Shown here one piece after another: positions 18,084 to 27,996 of a stretch of DNA of 64,000 nt (position 1 is its first letter; each line of letters begins with the position of its first letter). The notes under the pieces were generated by a model that worked only from the letters and a program-made list of their open reading frames with translations, ran no database searches and was not told the origin of the DNA. Source of the stretch: Polyangia bacterium (GTDB taxonomy: Bacteria; Myxococcota_A; Polyangia; Palsa-1104; SHYY01); assembly GCA_036263495.1 (NCBI GenBank), contig DATAGU010000224.1:55408-119407 (forward strand), written 5' to 3'. Made by a program: the position numbers and the translations under genes.

Positions 18084-19210
18084 CGATGCGACGGATCCGA
18101 GTGCTGGTGGTCGAAGACTCGCTGACCATGCGCCGCTTCCTGACGGCGATGCTGGCCGGGGATCCGGAGTGCGAGGTGGTGGGGGAGGCGGCCGATGCGG
18201 CGGGGGCCATCCGCCAGTGCGAGGTGCTGCGGCCCGATGTGGTGACGCTCGACATGCTGCTCGCGGGCGAGAGCACGGGCCTCGAGGTGACCGAGCACGT
18301 CATGGCGCACTGCCCGACGCCGATCCTGATCGTCTCGTCGTCGTTCAACCGCGGGGAGGCGCTGAAGTCGCTGGACGCGCTCGCGGCCGGGGCGGTGGAC
18401 ATGCTGGAGAAGCCCACGGGGAAGGAGCCGGAAGGGGACTGGCGGCAGGCGTTCCTCGACCGGGTGAAGCTCGTGTCGCGCATCCGGGTGATCACGCACC
18501 TGCGCGGCCGGCGGCGGGCGCTCGGGCAGGGGGTGATGGGGGAGGCGGTGAGCGAGGGGGCGACGCGGGGGAGCGCGCTGGCGCGGCCCCGAGCGGGGCG
18601 CAGCGAGCCGCGGCTCATCGTCATGGGCGCCTCGACCGGGGGGCCCGGGGCGGTGGCCGAGATCCTGGGCGATCGCGCCCACCCGGTGCCGCTGCCGCTG
18701 CTGCTGGTGGTGCACCTGGCGCCGGGGTTCGGGCAAACGTTCGCGGCCTGGCTGGGCGAGATGGTGCCCATGCCGGTGCGGGAGGCGGTGCATGGCGCGC
18801 CGCTGCCGCGGCCCGACGAGCGCTGCGTGATCGTCGCGCCGGCGGAGGCCCACCTGCTCGTGGAGGGCGGGCTGCTGCGGCTCAGCAAGGGCCCGGAGCG
18901 GCACTCGTGCCGTCCCTCGATCGACGTGTTGTTCGAGTCGGTGGCGCGCGAGCTCGGGGCGGCGGCGATCGGTTGCCTGCTCACGGGGATGGGACGCGAT
19001 GGCGCCGAGGGCCTGCTGGCCATGAGGAACGCGGGGGCGGTCACGGTGGCGCAGGACGAGGCGTCCTCGGTGGTGTTTGGCATGCCGCGCGAGGCGATTC
19101 GTCTCGGCGCGGCGGGCCACGTCCTGTGCTTGCCGGCGATCGCGCCGGCGCTGGTTCATTTCGCTTCGAAGGGGGGCACGAGAGCGGCGGGAGTCAAGGA
19201 GAGCTCATGA
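18080..19210 (+). CDS. cheB: protein-glutamate methylesterase CheB (REC + methylesterase)
   Basis: REC domain (RVLVVEDSLTMR...VTLDMLLAGESTG) and CheB methylesterase domain (IVMGASTGGPGAV...HLAPGF); ATG overlaps cheA stop (ATGA). Confidence 0.85.
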   Translation: MTMRRIRVLVVEDSLTMRRFLTAMLAGDPECEVVGEAADAAGAIRQCEVLRPDVVTLDMLLAGESTGLEVTEHVMAHCPTPILIVSSSFNRGEALKSLDALAAGAVDMLEKPTGKEPEGDWRQAFLDRVKLVSRIRVITHLRGRRRALGQGVMGEAVSEGATRGSALARPRAGRSEPRLIVMGASTGGPGAVAEILGDRAHPVPLPLLLVVHLAPGFGQTFAAWLGEMVPMPVREAVHGAPLPRPDERCVIVAPAEAHLLVEGGLLRLSKGPERHSCRPSIDVLFESVARELGAAAIGCLLTGMGRDGAEGLLAMRNAGAVTVAQDEASSVVFGMPREAIRLGAAGHVLCLPAIAPALVHFASKGGTRAAGVKESS

Positions 19211-20340
19211 CCCGGGACATTCTTGTCGTCGAAGACAGCATCACGGTCAGCCTGTCGATCAGCAGTGCTCTCGGCGACGCCGGGTTCCGGACCACGGTGT
19301 GCGGGACCTGCGCGGCGGCGCGCGAGGCGCTCCGGGGAGAGGCCCGGTTCGCGCTGGTGATCCTCGACGTGGTGCTCCCCGACGGGGACGGGCGGGCGCT
19401 CTTGCGCGAGATCCGGAAGGACCCGGGGCTCCAGGGGCTGCCGGTCCTGCTCCTGTCGAGCGCGGCCGAGGTGGGCCACCGGATGTACGGTCTGAACGTC
19501 GGTGCGACCGGGTACATCGGCAAGCCGTGCGAAGCGGGGTACCTGGTGCGACGGGTGCAGGAGGCGCTGCGGATGCACGAGCAGGCGCCCGGGAGCGGGG
19601 CGGGGCCGGCGGGGGCCAAGATCCTGCTGGTCGATGACAGCCCGACGTTCCTGGCCTCGATGGCCGAGCATCTGCAGCAGGAGGGCCACGAGGTGGTGCA
19701 GGCGCGCTCGGGGGTGGACGCGCTCAACTTGCTGGCGGTGGATCAGGTGGACTGCGTGATCCTGGATCTGATGATGCCGCGTCTCGACGGCATCGAGACC
19801 TGCCGCCGGATCCGGGGCATGCCGGAGCGGGCGGGGCTGCCGATCATGATCCTCACGAGCAGCGACGAGCCGGCGGCGCGGAGCGCGGCCCGGAACGCGG
19901 GGGCCGATGAGTTCGGGCTCAAGTCGCAGCCGGTGGACGGGGAGCTGCGAAGGCTCCTGCAGAAGCGGCAGGGGGGGCGGCTGGTGACCGAGGGGACTGA
20001 GAGGGAGGCTTGGCCGGCGAGCGGTACGAGCGAGGGCGGCGGGTGGCCGATGAGCAACTTGTTCGAGCGGGTGGTGGCGGCCTGTGGGCTGCCGCCGCAA
20101 CTCGGCCGTCCGACGATCGAGCGGGCCTGTCAGGGCATGGGCGTCGACCCGGCGACGCTGTCGCCCGGCGATCTGCTGCGGGCGTTGTCGGCGATCACCG
20201 AGGCGCTGCGGCCGCACCTGGGCCATGAGCAGCTGCTGCAGCGGGTGCAGGTCATGACGGCGCTGGCCCGGCTGGCCGAGCGCAGCGCCAAGGGGACGGT
20301 GAACGAGGGGCCTCCCAGGGAGACGGACAAGGGCAACTGA
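19207..20340 (+). CDS. response regulator with two tandem receiver domains and uncharacterised ~130-aa C-terminal domain
   Basis: REC1 ([10 protein letters not shown]...[13 protein letters not shown]) and REC2 ([10 protein letters not shown]...[13 protein letters not shown]) both with acceptor Asp; C-terminal region has no recognised fold; ATG overlaps cheB stop (ATGA). Confidence 0.75.
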   Translation: MTRDILVVEDSITVSLSISSALGDAGFRTTVCGTCAAAREALRGEARFALVILDVVLPDGDGRALLREIRKDPGLQGLPVLLLSSAAEVGHRMYGLNVGATGYIGKPCEAGYLVRRVQEALRMHEQAPGSGAGPAGAKILLVDDSPTFLASMAEHLQQEGHEVVQARSGVDALNLLAVDQVDCVILDLMMPRLDGIETCRRIRGMPERAGLPIMILTSSDEPAARSAARNAGADEFGLKSQPVDGELRRLLQKRQGGRLVTEGTEREAWPASGTSEGGGWPMSNLFERVVAACGLPPQLGRPTIERACQGMGVDPATLSPGDLLRALSAITEALRPHLGHEQLLQRVQVMTALARLAERSAKGTVNEGPPRETDKGN

Positions 20341-20401
20341 TCGGCGGGCGGCCGGCAGTCCTCGGTTGGCGCACGGCGTCGCCTACGCTACCTTCCCGGC
20401 G

Positions 20402-21439
20402 ATGAGCGCAAGGGATGGAGATCGTCTGAGTTACCGCACGAGCGGGGTCGATATCGACGCTGGCGATGCGCTGGTGGAACGTATCAAGCCGCTCGTCCGC
20501 GCCACGATGCGCCCGGAGGTGCTGGGCGATCTCGGGGGGTTCGCCGGGCTGTGTCGGATCCCGGGTCGCTATCGCGAGCCGGTGCTGGTCTCGGGCACGG
20601 ACGGGGTGGGGACCAAGCTCAAGATCGCGTTCGCCACGGGGCGGCACGACACGGTGGGGATCGATCTCGTGGCGATGTGCGTGAACGACGTGGCCACGAC
20701 GGGGGCGGAGCCGCTGTTCTTCCTCGATTACTTCGCGACCGGGCGCCTCGATGTGGGGGTGGCGGAGGCGGTGATCGGGGGGATCGCGCAGGGGTGCCGG
20801 CAGGCGGGCTGCGCGCTGGTGGGCGGGGAGACGGCCGAGATGCCCGGGATGTACGCCGACGGGGAGTATGATCTGGCGGGCTTCGCGGTGGGGGTGGTGG
20901 AGCGCGATCGGATCCTCGATGGGTCGCGCATCATGGTGGGCGACCAGGTGGTGGGGCTGGCGTCGAGCGGGGTGCACTCGAATGGGTACTCGCTCGTGCG
21001 CAAGGCGCTGCTCGAGCGCGCGGGGGTGCCGCTCGCCGAGGTGGCCGATGAGCTGCTCAAGCCGACGCGGATCTACGTGCGGGCGGTGCAGGCGGCGATC
21101 GCGGCCTGTGACGTGCGCGGCGCGGCGCACATCACGGGGGGCGGGCTGATCGAGAACCCGCCGCGGATGCTGCGGAGCGATCTGGCGATCCGTCTCGACG
21201 TGGGCAGCTGGCCGGTGCCGCCGATCTTCGCGCGGATCCAGGAGGCGGGGCCGGTGGCGCCCGAGGAGATGCGCCGCACGTTCAACATGGGGCTCGGGCT
21301 CTTGCTGGTGGTGGCGCGCGGCGGCGCGGAGGCTTGCATGGCGGCGTGCGCGATGGCGGGGGAGACGCCGTTCCTGGTCGGTGAGGTGGTGGCCGGGGCC
21401 GGGGAGCCGCACGTGCTGTTCGCCGGTGGGGGGCTCTGA
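20402..21439 (+). CDS. purM: phosphoribosylformylglycinamidine cyclo-ligase (AIR synthase)
   Basis: [21 protein letters not shown]...[12 protein letters not shown]...[10 protein letters not shown]... colinear with PurM family. Confidence 0.9.
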   Translation: MSARDGDRLSYRTSGVDIDAGDALVERIKPLVRATMRPEVLGDLGGFAGLCRIPGRYREPVLVSGTDGVGTKLKIAFATGRHDTVGIDLVAMCVNDVATTGAEPLFFLDYFATGRLDVGVAEAVIGGIAQGCRQAGCALVGGETAEMPGMYADGEYDLAGFAVGVVERDRILDGSRIMVGDQVVGLASSGVHSNGYSLVRKALLERAGVPLAEVADELLKPTRIYVRAVQAAIAACDVRGAAHITGGGLIENPPRMLRSDLAIRLDVGSWPVPPIFARIQEAGPVAPEEMRRTFNMGLGLLLVVARGGAEACMAACAMAGETPFLVGEVVAGAGEPHVLFAGGGL

Positions 21440-21499
21440 CGCCCATGCGCCTGCTGCCCATGAGCCTGGAGTGCAGATGTTGGGGATGAGGGGCGTGCC

Positions 21500-22126
21500 A
21501 TGAAGCTCGGTCTTCTGGCCTCGGGCCGCGGTTCGAACGTCCAGGCGATCCTCGATGCGGCGGCGGCGGGGCGGCTCGGGGGCGCCGAGCCGGCGGTGGT
21601 GATCGCCAATGTGGCGGGCGCGGTGGTGCTCGATCGTGCCCGCGCGGCCGGGGTGCCGGCGCGTACGATCCCGCATCAGGGGTTCTCGCGGCGCGAGGAC
21701 TTCGAGGCGGCGCTGGTCGAGGCGCTCGGTGAGTATCAGGTCGAGTGGGTGGCGCTGGCGGGCTTCATGCGGCTCCTCGGGCCGCGCTTTCTCACGACGT
21801 TTCCGGGGCGGGTGATCAACATCCATCCTTCTTTGCTGCCGGCGTTTCCGGGGGTGCGCTCGCAGGCGCAGGCGCTCGCGGCCGGGGTGAAGGTGTCGGG
21901 GTGTACGGTGCACTTCGTGGACGAGGGGCTCGACACCGGGCCGATCATCGCCCAGGCCGCGGTGCCGGTGCTGGAGGACGACGACGAGGCCTCGCTCGCG
22001 GCGCGGATCCTCGGCGAGGAGCATCGTCTCCTGCCGGAGGTGATCCGCTGGATCGCCGAGGGGCGGGTGGTGCGCGAGGGCCGGCGCGTGCGCGTGGGCG
22101 CTACGGCGCGGCCGGACCGATGCTGA
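21500..22126 (+). CDS. purN: phosphoribosylglycinamide formyltransferase
   Basis: [20 protein letters not shown]...[14 protein letters not shown]...[18 protein letters not shown] typical PurN. Confidence 0.85.
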   Translation: MKLGLLASGRGSNVQAILDAAAAGRLGGAEPAVVIANVAGAVVLDRARAAGVPARTIPHQGFSRREDFEAALVEALGEYQVEWVALAGFMRLLGPRFLTTFPGRVINIHPSLLPAFPGVRSQAQALAAGVKVSGCTVHFVDEGLDTGPIIAQAAVPVLEDDDEASLAARILGEEHRLLPEVIRWIAEGRVVREGRRVRVGATARPDRC

Positions 22127-22820
22127 TGGCGAGGTCGCCGACGCCGTCGATGTGTCCTTCGAGCCGGTCGCCTGGCCCAACGGGGCCCACGCCTTCGGGC
22201 GTCCCGGTGTAGATGAGATCGCCTGGGGCGAGCGCCACCAGGCCGGACAGGTGGGCGATCACCTCGGGCACGCTCCAGATGAGGTCGCCGAGATCGCCTT
22301 GCTGGCGCTGGGTCCCGTTGACCCGTAGCCAGATGGCGCCGCGCTCGGGATGTCCGACCCGGGCGACCGGCTGGATCGCCGAGCAGGGAGCCGAGTGGTC
22401 GAAGCCCTTGGCCATGTCCCACGGCCGGCCCGCGCGCTTGGCGTCGCTCTGCAGGTCGCGGCGGGTGAGGTCGATGCCGACGCCGTAGCCGTAGATGTGC
22501 TCGCGCGCCTGGGCCGCGGGGATGGCGCGACCGCCGCGGCCGATGGCCACGACCAGCTCGACCTCGTGGTGCAGGTCACGGGTCGCGGGCGGATAGGGGA
22601 TCGTCTCTCCGCTGGCGGCGACGGCGTCGCCGGGCTTGGAGAAGAAGAAGGGCGGCTCACGCGTGGGGTCGCTGCCCATCTCGCGGGCGTGCGCGGCGTA
22701 GTTGCGGCCCACGCAGAAGATCCGCCGTACCGGGAAGCGTCCTGCCTCCCCGGCGACGGACAGCGACGGTGTCACCGGGGCCGGCACGACCCAGACGGCT
22801 CGCTCACCTGACATGCTCAT
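22101..22820 (-). CDS. fumarylacetoacetate hydrolase (FAH) family protein
   Basis: [16 protein letters not shown]....[11 protein letters not shown]....[12 protein letters not shown] pattern of FAH/HpcE-like hydratases; convergent 26-nt overlap with purN. Confidence 0.75.
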   Translation of the reverse strand: MSMSGERAVWVVPAPVTPSLSVAGEAGRFPVRRIFCVGRNYAAHAREMGSDPTREPPFFFSKPGDAVAASGETIPYPPATRDLHHEVELVVAIGRGGRAIPAAQAREHIYGYGVGIDLTRRDLQSDAKRAGRPWDMAKGFDHSAPCSAIQPVARVGHPERGAIWLRVNGTQRQQGDLGDLIWSVPEVIAHLSGLVALAPGDLIYTGTPEGVGPVGPGDRLEGHIDGVGDLAISIGPAAP

Positions 22821-22847
22821 GCTCCCTGTCCCATCGATAGCGGTCGG

Positions 22848-23252
22848 TTAGACGTGGGCGCGCAGCAGCTTGACCATCTCCTCGACCACCACGGCGACGG
22901 CCGAGCGGCGGGGGCGGTCGGTGGCGGCGCGGGGGGTGTACTCCGCCTCTTCCCAGAGCTTGCTCACCGCGTTGAAGCAGACCTTGGGGGCGGTGATGCG
23001 CTTGTCGCTCGTGCGCACGCACACGATGCGTCCCTCGTGCAGCGCCACGGCCACGGAGTCGCCCGCGGTCTGCCAGCGCACGACGCGCATGCCGTCGTCG
23101 TAGGTGCTCTGGAAGCCGCCCCGGCGGCCGACCTCCACCAGGGCGGCCAGGAGACCGTCGGTGGCGGCCTGCAGATCGGTCAGATCCGGTTCGAGCTCTC
23201 CCTTGGCCCTGCCAGCGATGTCGACCGCTTCGGCCAGGTCGTAATGCGACAT
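22848..23252 (-). CDS. hypothetical protein (134 aa)
   Basis: Starts MSHYDLAEAVDIAG; composition coding-like; upstream part of 206-aa ORF is Gly/Arg junk; no family recognised. Confidence 0.35.
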   Translation of the reverse strand: MSHYDLAEAVDIAGRAKGELEPDLTDLQAATDGLLAALVEVGRRGGFQSTYDDGMRVVRWQTAGDSVAVALHEGRIVCVRTSDKRITAPKVCFNAVSKLWEEAEYTPRAATDRPRRSAVAVVVEEMVKLLRAHV

Positions 23253-23418
23253 TCCACGCCCTCTCAGTATCAATAGTGAAGAGAAACGAAGCCCGGGGTG
23301 CTGCGAGGATCGCGCCGCCGGCGCGATTCTTCCCGAGAATACGCCGCCTCCGCCCCGGCGCCAAGAGGTCCCGTCCGGCGCATCGGAGAGAAGGTCCTCC
23401 AGCGAAGCGTGTCGATGA

Positions 23419-25008
23419 TCAGCGCCGGCGGGCGCTCCCGCCCAGCACGGCCGGCTCGTCGCCGACATAGAGCTCGAGGTCGATCTCGAGGTTCAGCTCT
23501 TCGGACGCGACGGCGACGCGCACGAGCAGGTCCACGAGGGCCTGCTCTTCTTCTCCGCCGCTGGCCGCGCGCGCCAGGCACGACACGTCCGCGCGGTCGA
23601 GGGGGAGCACGGCCCGCTCTTCGCCGATGTGGGCCACGAGCCCGAGGCCCGCTTCGTATCGCACCGAGAGCCGGGTCCGCGGCGTCTCGTTGAACGCCTC
23701 GCGCACCAGCACGAACGTGGCCTCTTCGAGGAGGACCCCCGCGGCCCGGCGCACGTCGGCCGCGACGGCGGCGCGCCGGGCGATGGTCTGGGGCGCCTGG
23801 GCGGCCTGGGATGTCTCGGGGGAGCCCTTGCGACGGCTCGCCCTGTCGTTCCGCGCTTCGGGCGGCACGACCACGTCCACGGGAAAGCCGATTTGCTGCG
23901 CGATGCGCAGCGCCGCCGTGTGCGAGGAGGCGGGCGCCTGGCGGCTGACCCGGACGCCATAGGCGTTGAGCACGCGCTTGGTGTCGTGATCGCCGAGCAC
24001 CCCTTCGGCCTCGTCCACGATGGCCTGGGCCCGCTTCCGGTCGGCCTGCACCTGCGGCAGCGGGGGGCCCGCGGGAGCGCGGCGTCCGGCCAGGACGGCG
24101 AGCAGCGCCCGCACGCGCTCGGGGGCCGTGACGTCGAGCGACAACACCGGCCGCCCGAGGGGCGGCAGCGACGCGCGCGGGATCCCGGCCACGAGGAGGA
24201 GGTCGGTCTCTTCGGCGGCGTGCCGCATGGCGGCGTCCAGCTCCTCGGGCTCGTCATCATCGACCGGGACGACGCGCAGATCGAGCCGGGCCGCGCGCGC
24301 CATCTGGGTGATCTGCGCCGCCCCGCCGCCCGCCACGAGCGCCAGCACGCGCCGCGGGTTGGACACGTCGGCCTCGGCGAGGAGGCCGAACGCGAGCCAC
24401 TCCTCGATGTCCTCGGTGGACAGCGAGCCTGGGCGACGCCGCGCCGCGGCCCGCAGGAGCGGCTCGCCGCCCAGCACGGCCACCGGCTTGTCGCCGAGCG
24501 CGCCGAGCACGTCGGGGCGCGCGCCCGCGCCAGGCGAGAACAGCACCGCCCGCGTGGCTGCATCCTGGCCGAGGAACCCGAGCGCCTCCTCGGGATCGCC
24601 ATCGCCGACCGAGATGATCCACGAGACCCCGAGGTCGTGCGCCAGCGCGAGCGGTCCCACGTCGACCATGGCCTCGCGTCGTGCGCACACCAGGGCCACC
24701 GGGCCCTGCCGCGGCCGCGCCGGCAGGGGCGCGGCCAGCGGCGCGACGCCCCGCCGGTTGTCGAGGAAGCCGAAGCTCTGGGGACCGAGCGTGCCGCGCG
24801 CGTCGCCCAGGCTCACCGAGGGAGCGCCGAGGGGCGGCAGGTCGGCGCCGATCCAGGCCACGGCGTTGTCATCGGCCACCCCGCCGTGGAGCTCGAGGTT
24901 CTTGGCCACGCGGGTGGTGTGGGGGCCCAGGCGGAAGCGGCTCGCGGAGAGGAGCTCCTCGAGCGGGGCGCGCACGCCCGGACGGCGATGGAGCCGCGGG
25001 ACGCTCAC
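23419..25008 (-). CDS. acyl-CoA synthetase (NDP-forming)-like CoA-binding/ATP-grasp domain protein
   Basis: CoA-binding-like N-terminal half and ATP-grasp-like segment (DHDTKRVLNAYGVRVSRQ); weak assignment; start uncertain. Confidence 0.5.
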   Translation of the reverse strand: MSVPRLHRRPGVRAPLEELLSASRFRLGPHTTRVAKNLELHGGVADDNAVAWIGADLPPLGAPSVSLGDARGTLGPQSFGFLDNRRGVAPLAAPLPARPRQGPVALVCARREAMVDVGPLALAHDLGVSWIISVGDGDPEEALGFLGQDAATRAVLFSPGAGARPDVLGALGDKPVAVLGGEPLLRAAARRRPGSLSTEDIEEWLAFGLLAEADVSNPRRVLALVAGGGAAQITQMARAARLDLRVVPVDDDEPEELDAAMRHAAEETDLLLVAGIPRASLPPLGRPVLSLDVTAPERVRALLAVLAGRRAPAGPPLPQVQADRKRAQAIVDEAEGVLGDHDTKRVLNAYGVRVSRQAPASSHTAALRIAQQIGFPVDVVVPPEARNDRASRRKGSPETSQAAQAPQTIARRAAVAADVRRAAGVLLEEATFVLVREAFNETPRTRLSVRYEAGLGLVAHIGEERAVLPLDRADVSCLARAASGGEEEQALVDLLVRVAVASEELNLEIDLELYVGDEPAVLGGSARRR

Positions 25009-25142
25009 CGCTTCCTCCCGATGCTGCCTTCTTTGGTCCCGCCGCCGTGGCGTCTCATGGGATCCGGATCTTCATTTTGGATGGGGGCGTGGGTGTCAGG
25101 GGTTTTTTTTCGCGCAGGCGCCGCGTCTCCGTGTCGATCGGG

Positions 25143-25940
25143 TCAGTGAGCCGTTTGCCCGCCGTCGATCACCAGGACCGAGCCCGTCATGTAGGCCGAC
25201 GCATCGGATGCGAGGTAGACGATGAGGGGGCCGAGCTCAGGGGCCTCGCCGAAGCGGCGGAGCGGGATCTCGCGCAGGAGCTTGGGCGCGATCTCGGGGT
25301 GGGACAGGGCCGCGGCGTTCATGTCGGTGGCGAAGTAGCCGGGCGCGAGCGCGTTGACCGTCACCTGATGACGCGCCCACTCGACCGACAGCGCGCGGGT
25401 GAAGGCGATGACCGCGCCCTTGGTGGCGCAGTAGCCGGTCAGGTTGTTCTCCCCGCCGAGCCCCGCCACCGAGGCCACGTTGATGATCCGTCCGCTCCGC
25501 TGCGCGACCATGGGCGCGCCAAAGGCCCGGGCGCACAGGAACATGCCCACCACGTTGACGTCGAACAGCTGACGAAAGTCGGCGAGCGAGGTGGAGAGGA
25601 GGGGCGAGACGCGGGCGATGCCGGCGTTGTTGATGAGGATGTCGATCCGGCCCAGGGCCGAGAGCGCGGTCTTGGCCGCTCGCTCGACCGCGGACTCATC
25701 CGTGACATCGGTCGGCAGGGCCAGCGCCCGGCGGCCCAGGCCCTCGACCTCGTGCGCAGCCTCGCTAAGCTGTTCGGCCGAACGCCCGAGCAGCACCAGA
25801 TCGGCCCCGGCCTCGGCCAGGGCTCGCACAGCAGCCCTTCCCAGGCCGCGCCCCGCTCCAGTTACCACTGCAACCCTGCCAGCGATTGGTGAGGTATCCA
25901 AAGTACCTACATGGTAGCCCCAAACGACGTTCTGGGGCAA
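25143..25940 (-). CDS. SDR family oxidoreductase
   Basis: GRVAVVTGAGRGLGRA (Rossmann TGxxxGxG), NNAG, S..YCATKGAV catalytic Tyr-Lys motif. Confidence 0.8.
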   Translation of the reverse strand: MPQNVVWGYHVGTLDTSPIAGRVAVVTGAGRGLGRAAVRALAEAGADLVLLGRSAEQLSEAAHEVEGLGRRALALPTDVTDESAVERAAKTALSALGRIDILINNAGIARVSPLLSTSLADFRQLFDVNVVGMFLCARAFGAPMVAQRSGRIINVASVAGLGGENNLTGYCATKGAVIAFTRALSVEWARHQVTVNALAPGYFATDMNAAALSHPEIAPKLLREIPLRRFGEAPELGPLIVYLASDASAYMTGSVLVIDGGQTAH

Positions 25941-26018
25941 ATTTTGGGGGATCTGCGAGGGCTTGGAGCGGGTGTCGGGAGGGTGTTCGGGCGAGGCGCT
26001 GGTGCCCTGGGAGGGGTG

Positions 26019-26525
26019 CTACGCGGCCTGGGTTTCCCAGCCCTCATCGCGGGGCATCAAACCAAGGCGGATGGGAATCGGCTGCCCCTGCGCGACGCGC
26101 GCCAGCGTCTCTGCCGGGTATTCCCCCACGGGACGGATGCGCGCGACGAGGAGGCGCAGGAGCCGCTCGGCCTGAGGCCCCATGGGCTGGGCCATCTTCT
26201 CACTCTCCCAGCGGGAGACCGTGGTCGCGTCGACCCCCATGAGCTCCGCGAAGCTCACGCCGGAGAGACCGAGATACTTGCGGAGATAGCGGATCTCGGC
26301 GGGGGTGAGGCGGGCGTGCTTCTTGATGATGGCGAACGCGATCTCGCGGTGCAGCGCCTCGACGTGGGGGATGTCAGGGATCTCCTCCCCGCAGTTCTTG
26401 CAGCGGCTCACCTCGACGTTCATCAAGGTGATGTTCGGCAAGCCGCACGCCGTGTACTTGTAGTTCTCGCGCCCCGATTGCAGCGTCCCTCCGCATCCCG
26501 GGCATATCCTGGTCTCGTTCGCCAT
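26019..26525 (-). CDS. MqsA-family transcriptional regulator (YgiT-type zinc finger + HTH-XRE)
   Basis: N-terminal CPGCGG...CKNCGE zinc ribbon and C-terminal HTH (LTPAEIRYLRKYLGLSGVSFAELMGVDATTVSRWE); no MqsR-like partner ORF in the 365-nt upstream region. Confidence 0.7.
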   Translation of the reverse strand: MANETRICPGCGGTLQSGRENYKYTACGLPNITLMNVEVSRCKNCGEEIPDIPHVEALHREIAFAIIKKHARLTPAEIRYLRKYLGLSGVSFAELMGVDATTVSRWESEKMAQPMGPQAERLLRLLVARIRPVGEYPAETLARVAQGQPIPIRLGLMPRDEGWETQAA

Positions 26526-26891
26526 GTCATCACGACCATCGCTGTGAGTGGCTCGTTCTCGATTTCAGCTCCAAGGAGGACGCGGACTGCTCATGTCCCC
26601 GCTAACACCAGGTGCCATTTGCTCATTCCAGGGGCCCATCCCCGGGCGACCCCTTGTGCGCAAGCGGGAGGAGTGACTGTAGGGATGATTAATCAATAGT
26701 TCGGGGTTGAAGACAACCTCCTGAGGCAGAACTTTGCACTTTTACTGGAGGCTGGCGGTCCAGGATGGAGGAGGGGCCGGGAGTCCAGGGGCTTGGGGTT
26801 CGGGGTCTACCTGTCAGTGAGGTAGAAGGCTTCTCCTGGCTGCAGATGCCCCTGGCGGACCTGGTGTTTTGCGGATGAGCGGCCGGCCGCT

Positions 26892-27899
26892 TCAGCGCAA
26901 GAAGGTGGCGGCCTGCGCGTTCTCGATGCAGCGCTGGGCCGTGGCGGGGTGGATCACGTTCTCCTGGAGGAGCAGGTTGAACTCGCTCCGCAGGTGCGTG
27001 TTGAGGAGGTAGGGACCATCGGTGTTGATGGTGTAGCGCACGCCGTGATCGTCGAAGCGTGAGAGGATCGACTTGAGCTCGCCGAGGTTCGCCACGGCGC
27101 GCGTGCGCAGGTTCGACGAGGGGCAGATCTCGAGGGTGATGCTGCGCTCGGCGAGCTGGGCCATGACGTCGTCGCTGGCGGCGGCGGCGAGGCCGTGGCC
27201 GATGCGCGAGGGCCGGAGCTGGTCGATCACGGCCTGCACGCCGCGCACCGAGGTGTGGGTGGTCTCGCCGGTGTGGACGGTGGTGCCGAGGCCGGCGGCG
27301 CGTGCGCGCGCGAACAGCTCGCGATAGGCGTCGACGTTCTCGCTGAGCTCCACGGTGTGCACCTCGGGGCCGGCGAGGTCGATGCCGATGACGCCGCGGG
27401 AGCGATACTTCTCGGCCTTGCGCACGAGGATCTCGTTGAGCTCGTAGCTGAACTCGCGCGCCAGACAGAACAGGAGGCCGGCGCGGCAGCCGTACTCCAG
27501 GCAGGCGCGATCCATGCCGCGCAGCGCCGCGTGGATGATGTGGTCGAGGTCGCGCTCGCCGCCGAGGTTGCGTTTCATCGGGTTGAAGCGCAGCTCGATG
27601 GCGGTCACCCGCGAGGAGCGGTACTCCTTGCCGATGATCTCGTAGACCGAGCGTTCGATGGCGTGGGGCGAGGATTGGATCTTCTCGGTCCACTGGTGGA
27701 GGATCTGGAGGTAGTCGCCCAGGGAGGCCACGGTCTCGGGCCGCGCCGTGACCAGATCGCGGAACTCCCAGAACGACTTGACCGGCAGCTTGAAGCCGTG
27801 TTCGTGCGCGATGGACCACAGGATGTGGGGGGCGACGGCGCCGCCCACGTGGATGTGGAGATCGAGGAGCTCGGTGGTGGGGTCGAGGGGTTGTGCCAT
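26892..27899 (-). CDS. add: adenosine deaminase family protein
   Basis: LLDLHIHVGG (metal-binding HxH), VHTGETT, TINTDGP (SLNTDDP-like) blocks of A_deaminase fold. Confidence 0.8.
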   Translation of the reverse strand: MAQPLDPTTELLDLHIHVGGAVAPHILWSIAHEHGFKLPVKSFWEFRDLVTARPETVASLGDYLQILHQWTEKIQSSPHAIERSVYEIIGKEYRSSRVTAIELRFNPMKRNLGGERDLDHIIHAALRGMDRACLEYGCRAGLLFCLAREFSYELNEILVRKAEKYRSRGVIGIDLAGPEVHTVELSENVDAYRELFARARAAGLGTTVHTGETTHTSVRGVQAVIDQLRPSRIGHGLAAAASDDVMAQLAERSITLEICPSSNLRTRAVANLGELKSILSRFDDHGVRYTINTDGPYLLNTHLRSEFNLLLQENVIHPATAQRCIENAQAATFLR

Positions 27900-27996
27900 G
27901 GCGCGATGCTAACACCAGAGCGCCAGGACCTCGGGAGGAAGAAAACGCCCTTCTGCTCGGGAAAACCGGCTGCTAGTATGCCGGAGTCGAGGAGGG

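Noticed and set aside
25009-25142. T7 run (aggggtttttttcgcgc) as an intrinsic terminator
   Set aside because: No convincing GC-rich stem precedes the run on the strand where it would be a U-tract; it is more likely part of the 5' leader of the 23419..25008 gene.
26892-27899. Adenosine deaminase as a possible RADAR-like defence component
   Set aside because: Its size (335 aa) and motifs match a housekeeping A_deaminase enzyme. No large RdrA-like ATPase is adjacent, and it is not operon-coupled to the MqsA-like gene 365 nt away.
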